Counted from the stretch's first letter, positions 33,710 through 43,945 are shown. The stretch is 64,000 bases of DNA from Candidatus Bathyarchaeota archaeon (GCA_963714275.1 CAVQNT010000002.1:384001-448000); one strand, 5' to 3'. Program-made: numbers and translations. The notes: generated by a model from the letters alone, not told the origin.

Positions 33710-34552
33710 ATGAAGAGACGTACTATAAGAAAAATTAAAGACCGAATAATGGTCTCTCTCGCTTACTTGGCTCTAGTAATCGCCCTCATTCCGCTAATAA
33801 GCATCCTAATAGAGACCATGTTGAGAGGCGCTCCAGCAATAAACCTACAATTTATTACTGACCGAATACCACCTCTAGGTCAATCTGGCGGCGGAATCGG
33901 ACCTGCAATTCAAGGCACATTAATCGTGGTAGGAATCGCATCCTTGATAGGAGTTCCAATTGGAGTATTTTCTGGAATATCTTTAGCAGAACATCCCGAT
34001 ACTAGACTAGCCTTGGTAGCAAGATTTCTAAACGATGTCTTAACTAACATGCCTTCAATCGTCATAGGAATTTTAGGCTGGACCCTGATAGTAGTCGTGA
34101 TCGGATGGTCAGTAATTGCGGGAGCTCTTGCATTAGCCATAATGATGATTCCGATAGTCACGAGAACAACAGAAGAGGCCATAAAACTTGTTCCCGCCTC
34201 AATAAAAGAAGCCGCAATAGCTTTAGGGGTGCCACGATGGAAAACCACAATAACAGTCGTCTTAAGTAGCGCCAAAAAAGGCATAATCACAGGAATACTG
34301 CTTTCAATCGCAAGGGTCTCTGGTGAAACCGCACCACTCCTTCTAACCATACTAGGTAGCAGATTCTGGTTCAGTGGATTCACTGAACCGACGGCAGCTT
34401 TACCATTAACAGTCTTCAATTTTTCAAAATCTCCCTACAGCACTGTGGATTGGCCTAGAGCTTGGGGCGCATCTCTGATTTTAATACTCATGATTCTCGG
34501 GATCAGCGTCGTCGTAAGGTATTTCACAAGGGAAAAATATGCAGAAGTGTGA
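33710..34552 (+). CDS. pstA: Phosphate ABC permease
   Basis: [21 protein letters not shown]. Confidence 0.93.
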   Translation: MKRRTIRKIKDRIMVSLAYLALVIALIPLISILIETMLRGAPAINLQFITDRIPPLGQSGGGIGPAIQGTLIVVGIASLIGVPIGVFSGISLAEHPDTRLALVARFLNDVLTNMPSIVIGILGWTLIVVVIGWSVIAGALALAIMMIPIVTRTTEEAIKLVPASIKEAAIALGVPRWKTTITVVLSSAKKGIITGILLSIARVSGETAPLLLTILGSRFWFSGFTEPTAALPLTVFNFSKSPYSTVDWPRAWGASLILILMILGISVVVRYFTREKYAEV

Positions 34553-35357
34553 AACAAGTTTACCTATAGAAGCAAAAGAAAAACTGGTAAGTGAACTAAT
34601 GAGTTACAAAATTGAAATTGAAGGATTGAATGCGTGGTTCGAAAAAAATCAAGTCTTAAAAGATATCAATATGAAGATACACGAAAATGCGGTGACGGCA
34701 ATAATTGGACCCTCTGGATGCGGAAAGACCACGCTCATTAGATGTCTTAATAGGATGCATGAACTAGTTGCTGGAGCACGAGTTTCTGGAAAGGTACGAT
34801 TAGACGGAGAGGATGTCTATGGCGATAATGTCGACCCGGTTACAGTCAGAAGAAGAGTAGGCATGGTTTTCCAAAAACCAAATCCGTTCCCAATGATGTC
34901 AATCTACGATAACGTGGCTGCTGGACTAAAGCTAAATGGAGTAAACGATAAACGCAGACTTGATGAGGCTGTCAAAAAAAGCCTGGAGTCAGCAGACCTT
35001 TGGGATGAAGTCAAAGATAAACTGGATAAATCAGGTGCAAGTCTGTCTGGAGGGCAGCAACAAAGGCTATGCATGGCAAGAGCCCTGGCAGTGGAACCTG
35101 AGGTAATTCTGATGGATGAGCCGTGTTCAGCTCTAGATCCAGTTGCGACTGCAAAGATTGAGAGTTTAATGCGGAATTTTTCAGAAGATTACACAGTTGT
35201 GATCGTCACGCACAATATGCAGCAGGCTGCAAGAGTCTCAGATTACACAGCTTTTCTTTATCTTGGACAACTGATTGAGTACGGATTAACTAAAGATATC
35301 TTTGAGAACCCGAAGAATGAACTGACAGAGAAGTACATGACTGGAAAGTTTGGTTAG
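34539..35357 (+). CDS. pstB: Phosphate ABC ATPase
   Basis: [32 protein letters not shown]. Confidence 0.95.
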   Translation: MQKCETSLPIEAKEKLVSELMSYKIEIEGLNAWFEKNQVLKDINMKIHENAVTAIIGPSGCGKTTLIRCLNRMHELVAGARVSGKVRLDGEDVYGDNVDPVTVRRRVGMVFQKPNPFPMMSIYDNVAAGLKLNGVNDKRRLDEAVKKSLESADLWDEVKDKLDKSGASLSGGQQQRLCMARALAVEPEVILMDEPCSALDPVATAKIESLMRNFSEDYTVVIVTHNMQQAARVSDYTAFLYLGQLIEYGLTKDIFENPKNELTEKYMTGKFG

Positions 35358-35368
35358 GTGAATACGTT

Positions 35369-36007
35369 TTGAGTAGATTGCTTGATAAAGGTTTAGAGGA
35401 ATTGACGGCAATTATAGTTAGAATGGGAGAAATAGCGGAAGAAACAGTGGAAGTCTCGATTGATGGGTTTCTTAAGGGTACAGACGTTACCGACCGAGTA
35501 CATTCTCTATCAGAAATTCTAGTTAGCATGAGCGTGGATGCCGAGGACAAGGCATTTGAACTGATAGCCAAATATCAGCCCGTGGCATCCGATCTCAGAA
35601 TCATAAAATCATACATAAAAATCACTCATGACCTCGAAAGATATGGCAGATATGCTTGGGACATTTCTTTCATCCACAAAAGACTTGCCCAGATAGAAAG
35701 ATGTGAAGATCCATGGGCGCTCATAGAAGGGATGACCGAAAAAGTAATAGATATGGTTCATGCCAGCGTAGAAGCTTTAAGAAACCATGATGCAGAACTG
35801 GCTAAGGCATTGGCTAGAACCGAGAATGAAGTCGACGAAATATACTTCAAGTATCTAGACCTTTCGGCAGAAGCCTCAATTTCAACTAGGTGCTTAATCA
35901 CCAATGTTCTGGTTGTTAGATATTTGGAGAGAATTGCTGATCATGCGACATATATGGGCGAATCAATTGTCTATATTGTCACAGGAGAGAAGGTGATTCT
36001 TAGATAA
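35369..36007 (+). CDS. phoU: Phosphate signalling protein PhoU
   Basis: YQPVASDLR, ERIADHA. Confidence 0.92.
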   Translation: MSRLLDKGLEELTAIIVRMGEIAEETVEVSIDGFLKGTDVTDRVHSLSEILVSMSVDAEDKAFELIAKYQPVASDLRIIKSYIKITHDLERYGRYAWDISFIHKRLAQIERCEDPWALIEGMTEKVIDMVHASVEALRNHDAELAKALARTENEVDEIYFKYLDLSAEASISTRCLITNVLVVRYLERIADHATYMGESIVYIVTGEKVILR

Positions 36008-36077
36008 CCATTCGTGACAATCATGGTTTAAGTTAAATCATGGTAGTAAAATAGTGTGGGAGGAGATATAGAGAAAA

Positions 36078-36746
36078 ATGGAAAAAAGAAGCTACAGTTG
36101 GTTTGAAAAACGACGCAGAACAGAAGCTTTGGACATGGCCCAAAACCAAATAACAAAAGCCCTCGAAACAACAACTCTGCTTCATAAGGCGATGCAATAC
36201 CTTTCAAAAGGAAAGAAAAAAGAGGCAACACAGTGCATCGAGGACCTTTTCAAGACAGAAGAAGAAGTGGATAACCTAAGAAGGGAAATTTTTAAAGAAT
36301 TGTCAAAGGGCGCAGCTTTACTCGCAGAATACCGTGAAGACTTAATGCACCTTGTGAAACGCCTTGATACACTCGCAGATTACGTTAAAGATGCTGCGAG
36401 ATGCGTAAAAATGCTTGGAGACTCCCAAATCCCACAAGAACTGTTGGAGAGCACGTCTCACATAACTTCTTCTTTGGTAGAATGTGCCAGCGCCTTACGT
36501 GGAAGTATCGAAAAGATTTCAGCGAATCCGACAGAAGCCTTACAGGACGCCAAGAAAGTTGAGCAAATCGAACATGAGATTGACCAAGACTACCTTGATA
36601 TCAAGCCTTTATTCATTAAATATGCTGAAAAGATCAATTGTGGCTCCATGGTTATATTCGATGATCTAGTCGAATTCATAGAGCAAGCTGCAGACATGTG
36701 TGCGGACACCGCCGACTACATTGTGATACTTGCAAGCAGAGAATAA
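36078..36746 (+). CDS. DUF47 (PhoU-like) protein
   Basis: EEEVD..RR..., REDL..LV..LD..AD, EHEID. Confidence 0.85.
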   Translation: MEKRSYSWFEKRRRTEALDMAQNQITKALETTTLLHKAMQYLSKGKKKEATQCIEDLFKTEEEVDNLRREIFKELSKGAALLAEYREDLMHLVKRLDTLADYVKDAARCVKMLGDSQIPQELLESTSHITSSLVECASALRGSIEKISANPTEALQDAKKVEQIEHEIDQDYLDIKPLFIKYAEKINCGSMVIFDDLVEFIEQAADMCADTADYIVILASRE

Positions 36747-36752
36747 GAGTAA

Positions 36753-37289
36753 TTGAAGAATAGAGAACATTACAGATTCAAAAAACTTGGGATGAAAAGC
36801 ATGAAGAAAGTCCTTTTTCTATGTACACACAATTCGGCACGGTCACAAATGGCTGAAGGGTTGCTTAGGCATTTTTATGGTGAAAAATACGAAGTCTTCA
36901 GCGCAGGTTCAAGCCCGACGCAGGTTCATCCCCTCGCCATTAAGGTTATGGCTGAGATAGGGATAGATATTTCAAAGCAGACTTCCAAGAGCATTGAAGA
37001 GTTCCAAAATAAGGATATTGACATAGTTGCATCAGTGTGCAGCAGCAGCCCGAAAATCATCTGTCCATTTTGCTCCTCACCGATGCTTCGAGGCAGACCT
37101 GAGATAATTGACACGACATTACCTAGAGCAAAACATTATCTCCACCATGGTTTCAGTGATCCTTCCGAAGTGGATGGAAGTGATGAGGAAAAGATTGCTG
37201 CCTTCCGACGCACAAGAGATGACATCAAAGAGTGGATATTCGGTTATTTTGCCGATCTAAAGACAGACAGCTCGAATAGTCGTGCATAA
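36753..37289 (+). CDS. arsC: Arsenate reductase, LMW-PTPase type
   Basis: FLCTHNSARSQMAE, SAG, DPS, FRRTRD; likely start near 36792-36801. Confidence 0.88.
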   Translation: MKNREHYRFKKLGMKSMKKVLFLCTHNSARSQMAEGLLRHFYGEKYEVFSAGSSPTQVHPLAIKVMAEIGIDISKQTSKSIEEFQNKDIDIVASVCSSSPKIICPFCSSPMLRGRPEIIDTTLPRAKHYLHHGFSDPSEVDGSDEEKIAAFRRTRDDIKEWIFGYFADLKTDSSNSRA

Positions 37290-37522
37290 AACATTTTGAG
37301 TCTAGCTGAGAAACACTGGTCGCGAGTTCAACGGAGCCAAAAAATTTCAAAAACGTAAGTGATGTACCATTATAATGTCCAAATATTAGTAATATGATCT
37401 ATTTGAACTATCCAAGTCAGATTTCAATAAGTCTTTCAGCAAGTCGCAAACTCCTCTCCCTTTTTATATATAACATTAAATAACAAGTTAATCTGCAGAA
37501 ATTTTTTGGTCGGGATTAAAGC

Positions 37523-37699
37523 ATGTATTATCGAAAAGAAGGCAAAATGTTTTTACAGAAAGAAGTAACAATTGGAAAAATGGAGAAAGGTTACATAATA
37601 ATTTTAAGAACCAAAAAAAATCCGGAGTTTCCAGATGAAGATGTGTACGTTACTCTCGATGAGGTACTAAAAAGAGCCAAAGAGTTTTTAGAAGAATAA
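37523..37699 (+). CDS. Small hypothetical protein (58 aa)
   Basis: MYYRKEGKMFLQKEVTIGKMEKGYII...TLDEVLKRAKEFLEE*, read manually. Confidence 0.5.
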   Translation: MYYRKEGKMFLQKEVTIGKMEKGYIIILRTKKNPEFPDEDVYVTLDEVLKRAKEFLEE

Positions 37700-37943
37700 A
37701 CCCTCTAGGGGTCTTTGATAATTTAGACATAACATTTGCTTAAATGAAACGATATGTGTCATAATGTTGCAGATTGTTTAACTAGCTGTATGGAATCAAG
37801 CAGAGAAAACGTAGTGTCTGTTTCCCAATGTTTCTGAATTGGTGCACAGCGTTAGGTGGCACGAAAACTACATATCCTGGTGTTAACTGTTTCTCAGACA
37901 ATATTGGTAGAAGAGGAAGAGCAGTTATCGGCGGGTTTAAGGT

Positions 37944-38963
37944 ATGAATAGACTCTCCATTCCAGAACCCGTATCTGCGGGAATCTTACTTACGTACAAA
38001 TGTAGCAGCACATGCAAACATTGCATGTATGCTTGTTCTCCAAGCTGGAAAAGCGATTGGATCTCTGAGGAAGACCTAAAAAAGGTTCTGGCACAACTGT
38101 CAGGCAAGATTAAAGAAAATGTTTATGGACCAAAAAGTGTTGGAGTAAACTCTGGGCTCCATTTTACCGGCGGTGAGCCTTTTCTCAATTTTAACCTTCT
38201 TCTGCAGGCGGTGCAGATGGCTGTTAAACATAGGATTCCTTCTGTTTTCGTAGAAACCGATTGCTTCTGGTGTGTCAACGAAGAAACTGCAAGAGAAAAA
38301 CTCAGACAACTAAAAGATGAGGGATTGAACGGCATATTGATCAGTGTAAACCCGTTCATACTTGAACAAGTACCATTTGAAAAAACCCAAAGAGCAATAC
38401 GGGTGGCTAGAGAAGTCTTTGGAAGAAACCTGATGGTTTACCAAGAGGTTTTCTATCGCCAATTTGAAAGATTTAGACTGAAAAGTGCTTTGCGTTTTGA
38501 AGAATATTTGAAATTGTATGCTGACAGTCTGAGCTTTGCGGAGCTTATCCCGATGGGCAGGGTTCCATATAAGCTTGGGTTCCTATACAGGAAACATCCT
38601 GCAGGACAGTTTCTAGCAGAATCCTGCAGAAACGAGTTAACAAGAGAATGGCATGTTCATGTTGACAACTACTGTAATTACATGACTGGCTATTGTGGAG
38701 GCATTTCTCTAGGAGACGCGAGACGCTTGAACACTATTTGCAGTGAAGGAGTAGACTTGGAAGAGCATCCGGTTCTTAAGGCTCTAGCGAACAATCTTGG
38801 AGAACTGTACGAGTTAGGCGTTGAAGAATTTGGCTACAAGGAAACAAGCGAAGGTTACATCTCTAAATGCCATTTGTGTGTAGATGTTAGGAAACATATT
38901 GTGCAGGAAACCGATGAGTTCTCGGAACTGAGCCCAAGAGAATTCTATCAAGGTTTATGCTGA
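37944..38963 (+). CDS. Radical SAM protein
   Basis: CSSTCKHC, FTGGEPF, C-terminal CHLC. Confidence 0.9.
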   Translation: MNRLSIPEPVSAGILLTYKCSSTCKHCMYACSPSWKSDWISEEDLKKVLAQLSGKIKENVYGPKSVGVNSGLHFTGGEPFLNFNLLLQAVQMAVKHRIPSVFVETDCFWCVNEETAREKLRQLKDEGLNGILISVNPFILEQVPFEKTQRAIRVAREVFGRNLMVYQEVFYRQFERFRLKSALRFEEYLKLYADSLSFAELIPMGRVPYKLGFLYRKHPAGQFLAESCRNELTREWHVHVDNYCNYMTGYCGGISLGDARRLNTICSEGVDLEEHPVLKALANNLGELYELGVEEFGYKETSEGYISKCHLCVDVRKHIVQETDEFSELSPREFYQGLC

Positions 38964-39839
38964 AAAAAGGTTCTTCAGAACAGCAGATAGCAAGTCACTA
39001 GATAGCATCTTGACAGGATGGCTTAAAAAAGGGAAGCTGAAAAATGGCATAAATCTTACGGGGAAGAATAATGACAAGCGCGCACGGAAATCCTGATGTT
39101 CTTTCAAGGGAGCTTCTACATTCAACACTTGATTATAGCTAAGCTGGCTTTGGGATAGTGTCTTGACTATTCTTCTTGACCCACTACTTTCAATGTATAA
39201 CATGATTACTTCGGGTTCTTTGGGGATTTCTTCTCTTATTCTTCTTAAGAATTCGTCACTGTGAATCCAGTCGCGTACAAAGAATAATAGGTAGCCATAT
39301 TTTACTTCGTTACTTACCTTCTTCTTTGGATCCTTAGTTTGTTCAAGCGCTGCATAGTCACTTAGTTTTAGTCTGTCCCACTTCATGTGGTGGATTGCAT
39401 CCCCAAGGTTAGAATTGTGCTCGACTAGGTTGAATTCAATGGCGATGAACGTTTGTTGTTCTTTCTTAATGTCTTCAGTTTTACTGGCACGAAACAACCT
39501 TTCATTGACTAATGTTGGATTCCAAATGCACAGGTCGAAATGGCCACGCGACCCTTCCGGCTCGATTTTTAGATGTTTCCTGCTGTATCTTTCTTTCGTT
39601 GGGTACTCCTTATGCAATAGAATGCTCTTCTTCTGGTCACATGTTTCAAATATGCCATCCAAACCAGATTGAACCAATTTACCATAAAGTTGGTTGTAGA
39701 GAAAGCAGTGCAGATCACTCTCGATATAAAACAAAAATGGATTCGAAAGGAACGTCTCTACCGTTTTACTAATGCATTCTTTTACAATGTCCACTAATAC
39801 TTTATCCTTAGATGGCACATTCGCTTCCGATTGCTTCAA
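38955..39839 (-). CDS. Putative PD-(D/E)XK nuclease-like protein
   Basis: ESDLHCFLY...EYP...GHFDLCIW...AIEF pattern; K is not conserved; the C-terminus may be read-through. Confidence 0.5.
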   Translation of the reverse strand: MKQSEANVPSKDKVLVDIVKECISKTVETFLSNPFLFYIESDLHCFLYNQLYGKLVQSGLDGIFETCDQKKSILLHKEYPTKERYSRKHLKIEPEGSRGHFDLCIWNPTLVNERLFRASKTEDIKKEQQTFIAIEFNLVEHNSNLGDAIHHMKWDRLKLSDYAALEQTKDPKKKVSNEVKYGYLLFFVRDWIHSDEFLRRIREEIPKEPEVIMLYIESSGSRRIVKTLSQSQLSYNQVLNVEAPLKEHQDFRARLSLFFPVRFMPFFSFPFLSHPVKMLSSDLLSAVLKNLFSA

Positions 39840-39894
39840 TTCAGACCCTCAGTATTTATAATTATTTTAATGATATCTTATTGGTGGTTATAAA

Positions 39895-40488
39895 TTGTGG
39901 ATGGAATATCGAATCGCAGTAAATTTTGAGAGACAAAAAGAAATTATAAAACAACTTAGAAAACACATACAAGATTTTGAAGAGCATGGGCTTATACAAG
40001 GATACGCATTTAATCATTATTACAATTTGTCTAGTGAACCAGACACACTACGCATAAGATTCGATTATCAAAATGAAGATGGACAGAATATAGTTGAGAA
40101 AGAGTTTGAAAAGGAGGTTAACCAACTAGTTCCACATTATACTTTGCAGAAATGCCCTTGGGATAGTGATGAGGAAGTTTTAAAGGCTTATGAGTTGGGT
40201 TCAAGATGCGCCTTTCTCTTTTGGGAGTTGATGGAAAAGGGAAGATTTTCAGTAAATTACCTTTATGATTTCCTGCCTTCATTGGGACAGCAGTCTCAGA
40301 TAAGCCTTAATTTTCAACGGCATTTTAATCACGGCATCATGAACTCACTTGGTGTTCCAAAGATACCGCAAGAACAAATAATCCACTTTATGGCTTTATT
40401 GGAAACTACAGGATCTTTAAACTGCTCAGAATTATGTAGTAACATTCAGAAAAATCCATTACTATCAAGCCTTATCATAATTCGTTAG
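39895..40488 (+). CDS. Hypothetical protein
   Basis: 197-aa ORF; LRIR and H-x-x-x-N-x-LG motifs. Confidence 0.6.
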   Translation: MWMEYRIAVNFERQKEIIKQLRKHIQDFEEHGLIQGYAFNHYYNLSSEPDTLRIRFDYQNEDGQNIVEKEFEKEVNQLVPHYTLQKCPWDSDEEVLKAYELGSRCAFLFWELMEKGRFSVNYLYDFLPSLGQQSQISLNFQRHFNHGIMNSLGVPKIPQEQIIHFMALLETTGSLNCSELCSNIQKNPLLSSLIIIR

Positions 40489-40567
40489 TTTAGGTAATGC
40501 AACCCTTAATGATTTCAAGTCCTTGAATTCTGCTTGGATCTATTCCGGCTTATAAATTTGTTATAGT

Positions 40568-40778
40568 GAGCTAGAAGGAAGTTGCAAAACACACATTCCT
40601 TCTTCTTCTGGTTTAGAAGTAGTAGTTCCCGCAACTCACGGGACTACTACAACTAGATTAAACATTCCAGATAATCTTCTAAGTGTTGAATAATCTCTCA
40701 GGATTTTGTGTGTTGCGTTGAATGCTTTCTAACAGTAAAGTCTTAACCAAGCTGAAGTTTTGAGGCTGAGAACAATCA
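40568..40778 (+). pseudogene. Decayed copy of the hairpin-containing reading frame (hairpins U1, U2)
   Basis: ELEGSCKTHIPSSS-GLEVVVPATHGTTTT-RLNIPDNLLSVE*SLRILCVALNAF*Q*SLNQAEVLRLRTI; homologous to segments at 42460-42990. Confidence 0.65.
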
Positions 40779-40898
40779 GAAGTTGTTGCCCACTCTGTTT
40801 CTGTAAGATCAACATCTTCTAGTTTTAATATTCAACAGAATTTGCATCTGTAGACCTTTTAAATGATAGAAATCAAATAATTGTATCGAATAATGATC

Positions 40899-41856
40899 AT
40901 GAAGAAAAGGAAAAAAATCGCCACTGCATGTGCTTTCATGACTATTGTAATAGTTTTTGTTATCTTCTGCGTACCTATGGGTTTCCACCTATTCAATGTT
41001 TTTTGGGCAAAGAGACATTATAAACACTGTCAAGGAAATTACCGCGAACGAGACTAACTCGGTCGCCATTCTAAACAAAATTGCAAATTGGCTTAACAAT
41101 CACATTACGTATGATGCGCATGGATTCTATTTTTATCCGGTGCCTCCGTTATTTCTAGGCAGAAAGGTTCCGGCAGATCCTGCCTGGACAATGACCATTA
41201 GATGTGGAGCATGTGAAGAAGAAGCTGTCCTATGCACAGAAATGGTCCGCTCAATAGGGATGCAGGCCAGAGTAGTGTATAATCCCGCTGAGGATCACAC
41301 TTGGTGTGAAGGCCTGATTAATGGGTCATGGGTTCATTTTGATCCGGGACTCTCGGAAGATAAGAGATTTAATAACCCCGGCTTTTCTGAGTGCCCTAAA
41401 CCGAATGGATGGTGTAAAGAACTGTCCTATGTTTACTTTATGAATGCTGACGGTAAGCAGAATGATATCACCAAGACATATACCGACATTGGAAGACTTA
41501 TTGTTCAAGTCGAGAAAGATGGTCAGCCGGTAAAGAACGCTAGAGTTAAAATAGAAAGCAGATTCCTGATGCTAAACTACCCATCTTCCTACAGTCAACC
41601 CCAATTCTGCTTAGAAAATCGGACTGACGACAAGGGTCAATGCATATTCGATTTGGGAGGTAACAATTACACTGTTAGTGCTGAATTAGGGACTATCCTT
41701 GGATATAGAAATGAAAGCATCATAAGCCTCAAAGAGAACAGCAAGACATCCGTGACCTTAACTCTGTCCAATTTCTCTCCCCTCATGCCGATTGATTATG
41801 TCGTGGCAACATTGGTTGTAGCACTCGCTGTTACCTTGTTACTATTGAAACCATAA
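40899..41856 (+). CDS. Membrane-anchored transglutaminase-like / peptide:N-glycanase-like protein (frameshift near 5' end)
   Basis: RCGACEE, DHTWCE and WVHFDP triad; GWCKELSYV...DITKTY; hydrophobic N- and C-termini. Confidence 0.75.
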
Positions 41857-42119
41857 TGATCTACAAGAAATTAAAGATGCATACTCCCAACAAAAGAGGA
41901 GACAGAAATCCCAATAGCCATGATATCAGGATTTCAAGAGACTCTTAGGGAAAATGAATTCATACTCAATACAGAAAATTAGCCTATATTAACCCACCAT
42001 CTGTAAAGTATCATTTTATTTGTCCGACTCCATCCCACAAATTTTAGACTTGATGAACGGGGCAGTTATGGGTTCTATTCTTATCGACTTATCTAGCGTA
42101 GAATCTAGCTGAGAGCTGA

Positions 42120-42380
42120 CTAGCGTATGTTTCTCAAAAAATCGAAAAGGATGTTATTGAAGGCATAGAAAAATTCTGTTCAGAAGACTTAGATTATACC
42201 TCATGGGGTAACTTTTTGGTTTTATACATACTTTCAGTAATAACATTCTGTCATGAAAGATTCACTCGTTACCCCGACCGTGAATTTGGTCCTTCAGACT
42301 ATCAAATAAGTTTGGGAATTGTCGATGATATTCAATCCATCTGGAGCGAACTTGAACAATTATTTTCACTAATCGAATAG
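42120..42380 (+). pseudogene. Start-less 86-codon fragment, HEPN-like C-terminus
   Basis: Open frame LAYVSQK...LYILSVITFCHERFTRYPD...DY..SLGIV...LIE*, bounded by CTAG motifs. Confidence 0.55.
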
Positions 42381-42459
42381 CTAGCAAAAATTATTGAAAT
42401 CGACTAAATAGATGATTCCGTCTTTAAACTCAATGATTTAACCGATAAAGTCAACATCA

Positions 42460-42990
42460 TCAAAAATATCATTTCAGAAGTAGTCCCCGCAACTTACAGG
42501 ACTACTACTTTTAAACCAAACCTCTAAAGAGATGTTCAAACCAAAAGAAGTTGACCACACGAAAACAGCGTGGTCAACAACTACTGTTCCAATACGCAAC
42601 TTTTTTGTGAGTATGTTTTCTCTTTTTTCCAAGAATTCTTCAATAAGATTAATAAACTTACGTTCATGTACAGAATTTTAAGTGGTTCCTCATCTCTTGG
42701 TAGTTCATCTGGAATAACAAAATTAGAAGAAGAAGAAACATCCGAATCCGCATTTTCTTCTTCTACTATTCCTAACCGTCTATTTTTATGATTAACATTA
42801 TCAACCGTTTTTCCGAGAGCTGACAGTAACGACCTCATTAAATTTATATTCAAACAAAAATCTATAAAGCCTACTCTGTGTTCGGAAGATCAGAAGGGAT
42901 ACTTAAATCAGAAGTAGTAGGATTCTATGTTTTGCTATGTCCTACTACTTCTAAACCATGCTTCATTTTCTGATAAACAGTCATGTCCGA
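42460..42990 (-). repeat. Tandem array of four decayed copies of a hairpin-containing reading frame (U3-U6)
   Basis: Inverted repeats at 42479/42499 (8 bp), 42550/42570 (9 bp), 42728/42754 (11 bp) and 42910/42940 (13 bp), each within a G-x-x-(VVV/EEE)...(TTS/SSS/STS) frame. Confidence 0.75.
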
Positions 42991-43037
42991 AGTGATGATC
43001 AAGGGTTGGAAGTAAGATCAACGGTTCAGAGGATTGA

Positions 43038-43391
43038 TCATGCCTGGTTTGACTGTTTCAGGTTTCTTTGCTGCCAGAAAGAGCAAGATGGCTCCAGCAG
43101 ATGAGTCCAGGTATGCTCCCGTTGACAGTACATTTTCTCTTTGCCAAGTCGTTCGCAGAGGGCTAAAACGTTAATCACCGGCTCAGGCTTGACGAGGGGA
43201 TCAAGAGATTTGGCGGAAAGGATCTCTTTGCAGAATGTTTTTAACTTCTCCATGTCCTCAGCAATAATGTAGATCCCGTTTCGACCGCAGAACCTGCAGT
43301 TTCCGCATCGTTTTGCCTCTTTTTCAAGGTTTATTTTTGGAAAACGACCTTCAGCAGGCTTCATAATAATAACTAAATATGCGTAAAACAT
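43038..43391 (-). CDS. Hypothetical Cys-rich protein
   Basis: RCGNCRFC...YC...CSFW; divergent from the element's operon. Confidence 0.55.
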   Translation of the reverse strand: MFYAYLVIIMKPAEGRFPKINLEKEAKRCGNCRFCGRNGIYIIAEDMEKLKTFCKEILSAKSLDPLVKPEPVINVLALCERLGKEKMYCQREHTWTHLLEPSCSFWQQRNLKQSNQA

Positions 43392-43645
43392 AAAAACTTA
43401 ATCCTCCCCCCTCACATCCCGATAGTTTTTGTATTAAATATAGAGTTTAAAAATAATAAAAACTTCAAAATTTGTCATTATTAAAAAAATAATTCTACCT
43501 TGTGACTATTTTCTTTACGAAGATAAAAAAATGAACTAATTTTAATTTTTAACTTTTATTTAAGTATTTAAATCATACCTAATAGTTTTTCTATAATTGT
43601 AGATTTATATACTACTAGTTCACGAGTATTTGACCGTGGTTAATC

Positions 43646-43822
43646 ATGAGTCAAAAGCAAGCCATGTTATGGGCTAGAGTTGACATAAACATCAAAGAAA
43701 TAGTTCACAAACTAGTGGACTGCAAGGGTATCACTATTAGTGAATATGTCCGAAGCCTAGTCATTGATGACCTTGACAGAAGAAATGTTTTCACAACAAA
43801 ACTAAAAGAGGAATTACGATGA
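43646..43822 (+). CDS. Ribbon-helix-helix (CopG-like) protein, 58 aa
   Basis: MSQKQAMLWARVDINIKEIVHKLVDCKGITISEYVRSLVIDDL...; not in ORF track. Confidence 0.75.
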   Translation: MSQKQAMLWARVDINIKEIVHKLVDCKGITISEYVRSLVIDDLDRRNVFTTKLKEELR

Positions 43823-43945
43823 GTGAAAAGACCGTTACAACTGGAAAAATGGATCTTAGAAAGCTTATTCGTAGAGCTTGATGAGATTCTCCGAATTTTG
43901 AAAGGCAAGGCTCCAGAACCAAGCAGGCAGAAGAGTTTAGAATGA
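43823..43945 (+). CDS. Small hypothetical protein (40 aa)
   Basis: GTG directly after the RHH stop; its TGA overlaps the next ATG (ATGA). Confidence 0.45.
   Translation: MKRPLQLEKWILESLFVELDEILRILKGKAPEPSRQKSLE

Noticed and set aside
40568-42990. CRISPR array
   Set aside because: The repeats are not identical, spacing is irregular, and the units follow a protein reading frame. No cas operon is present.
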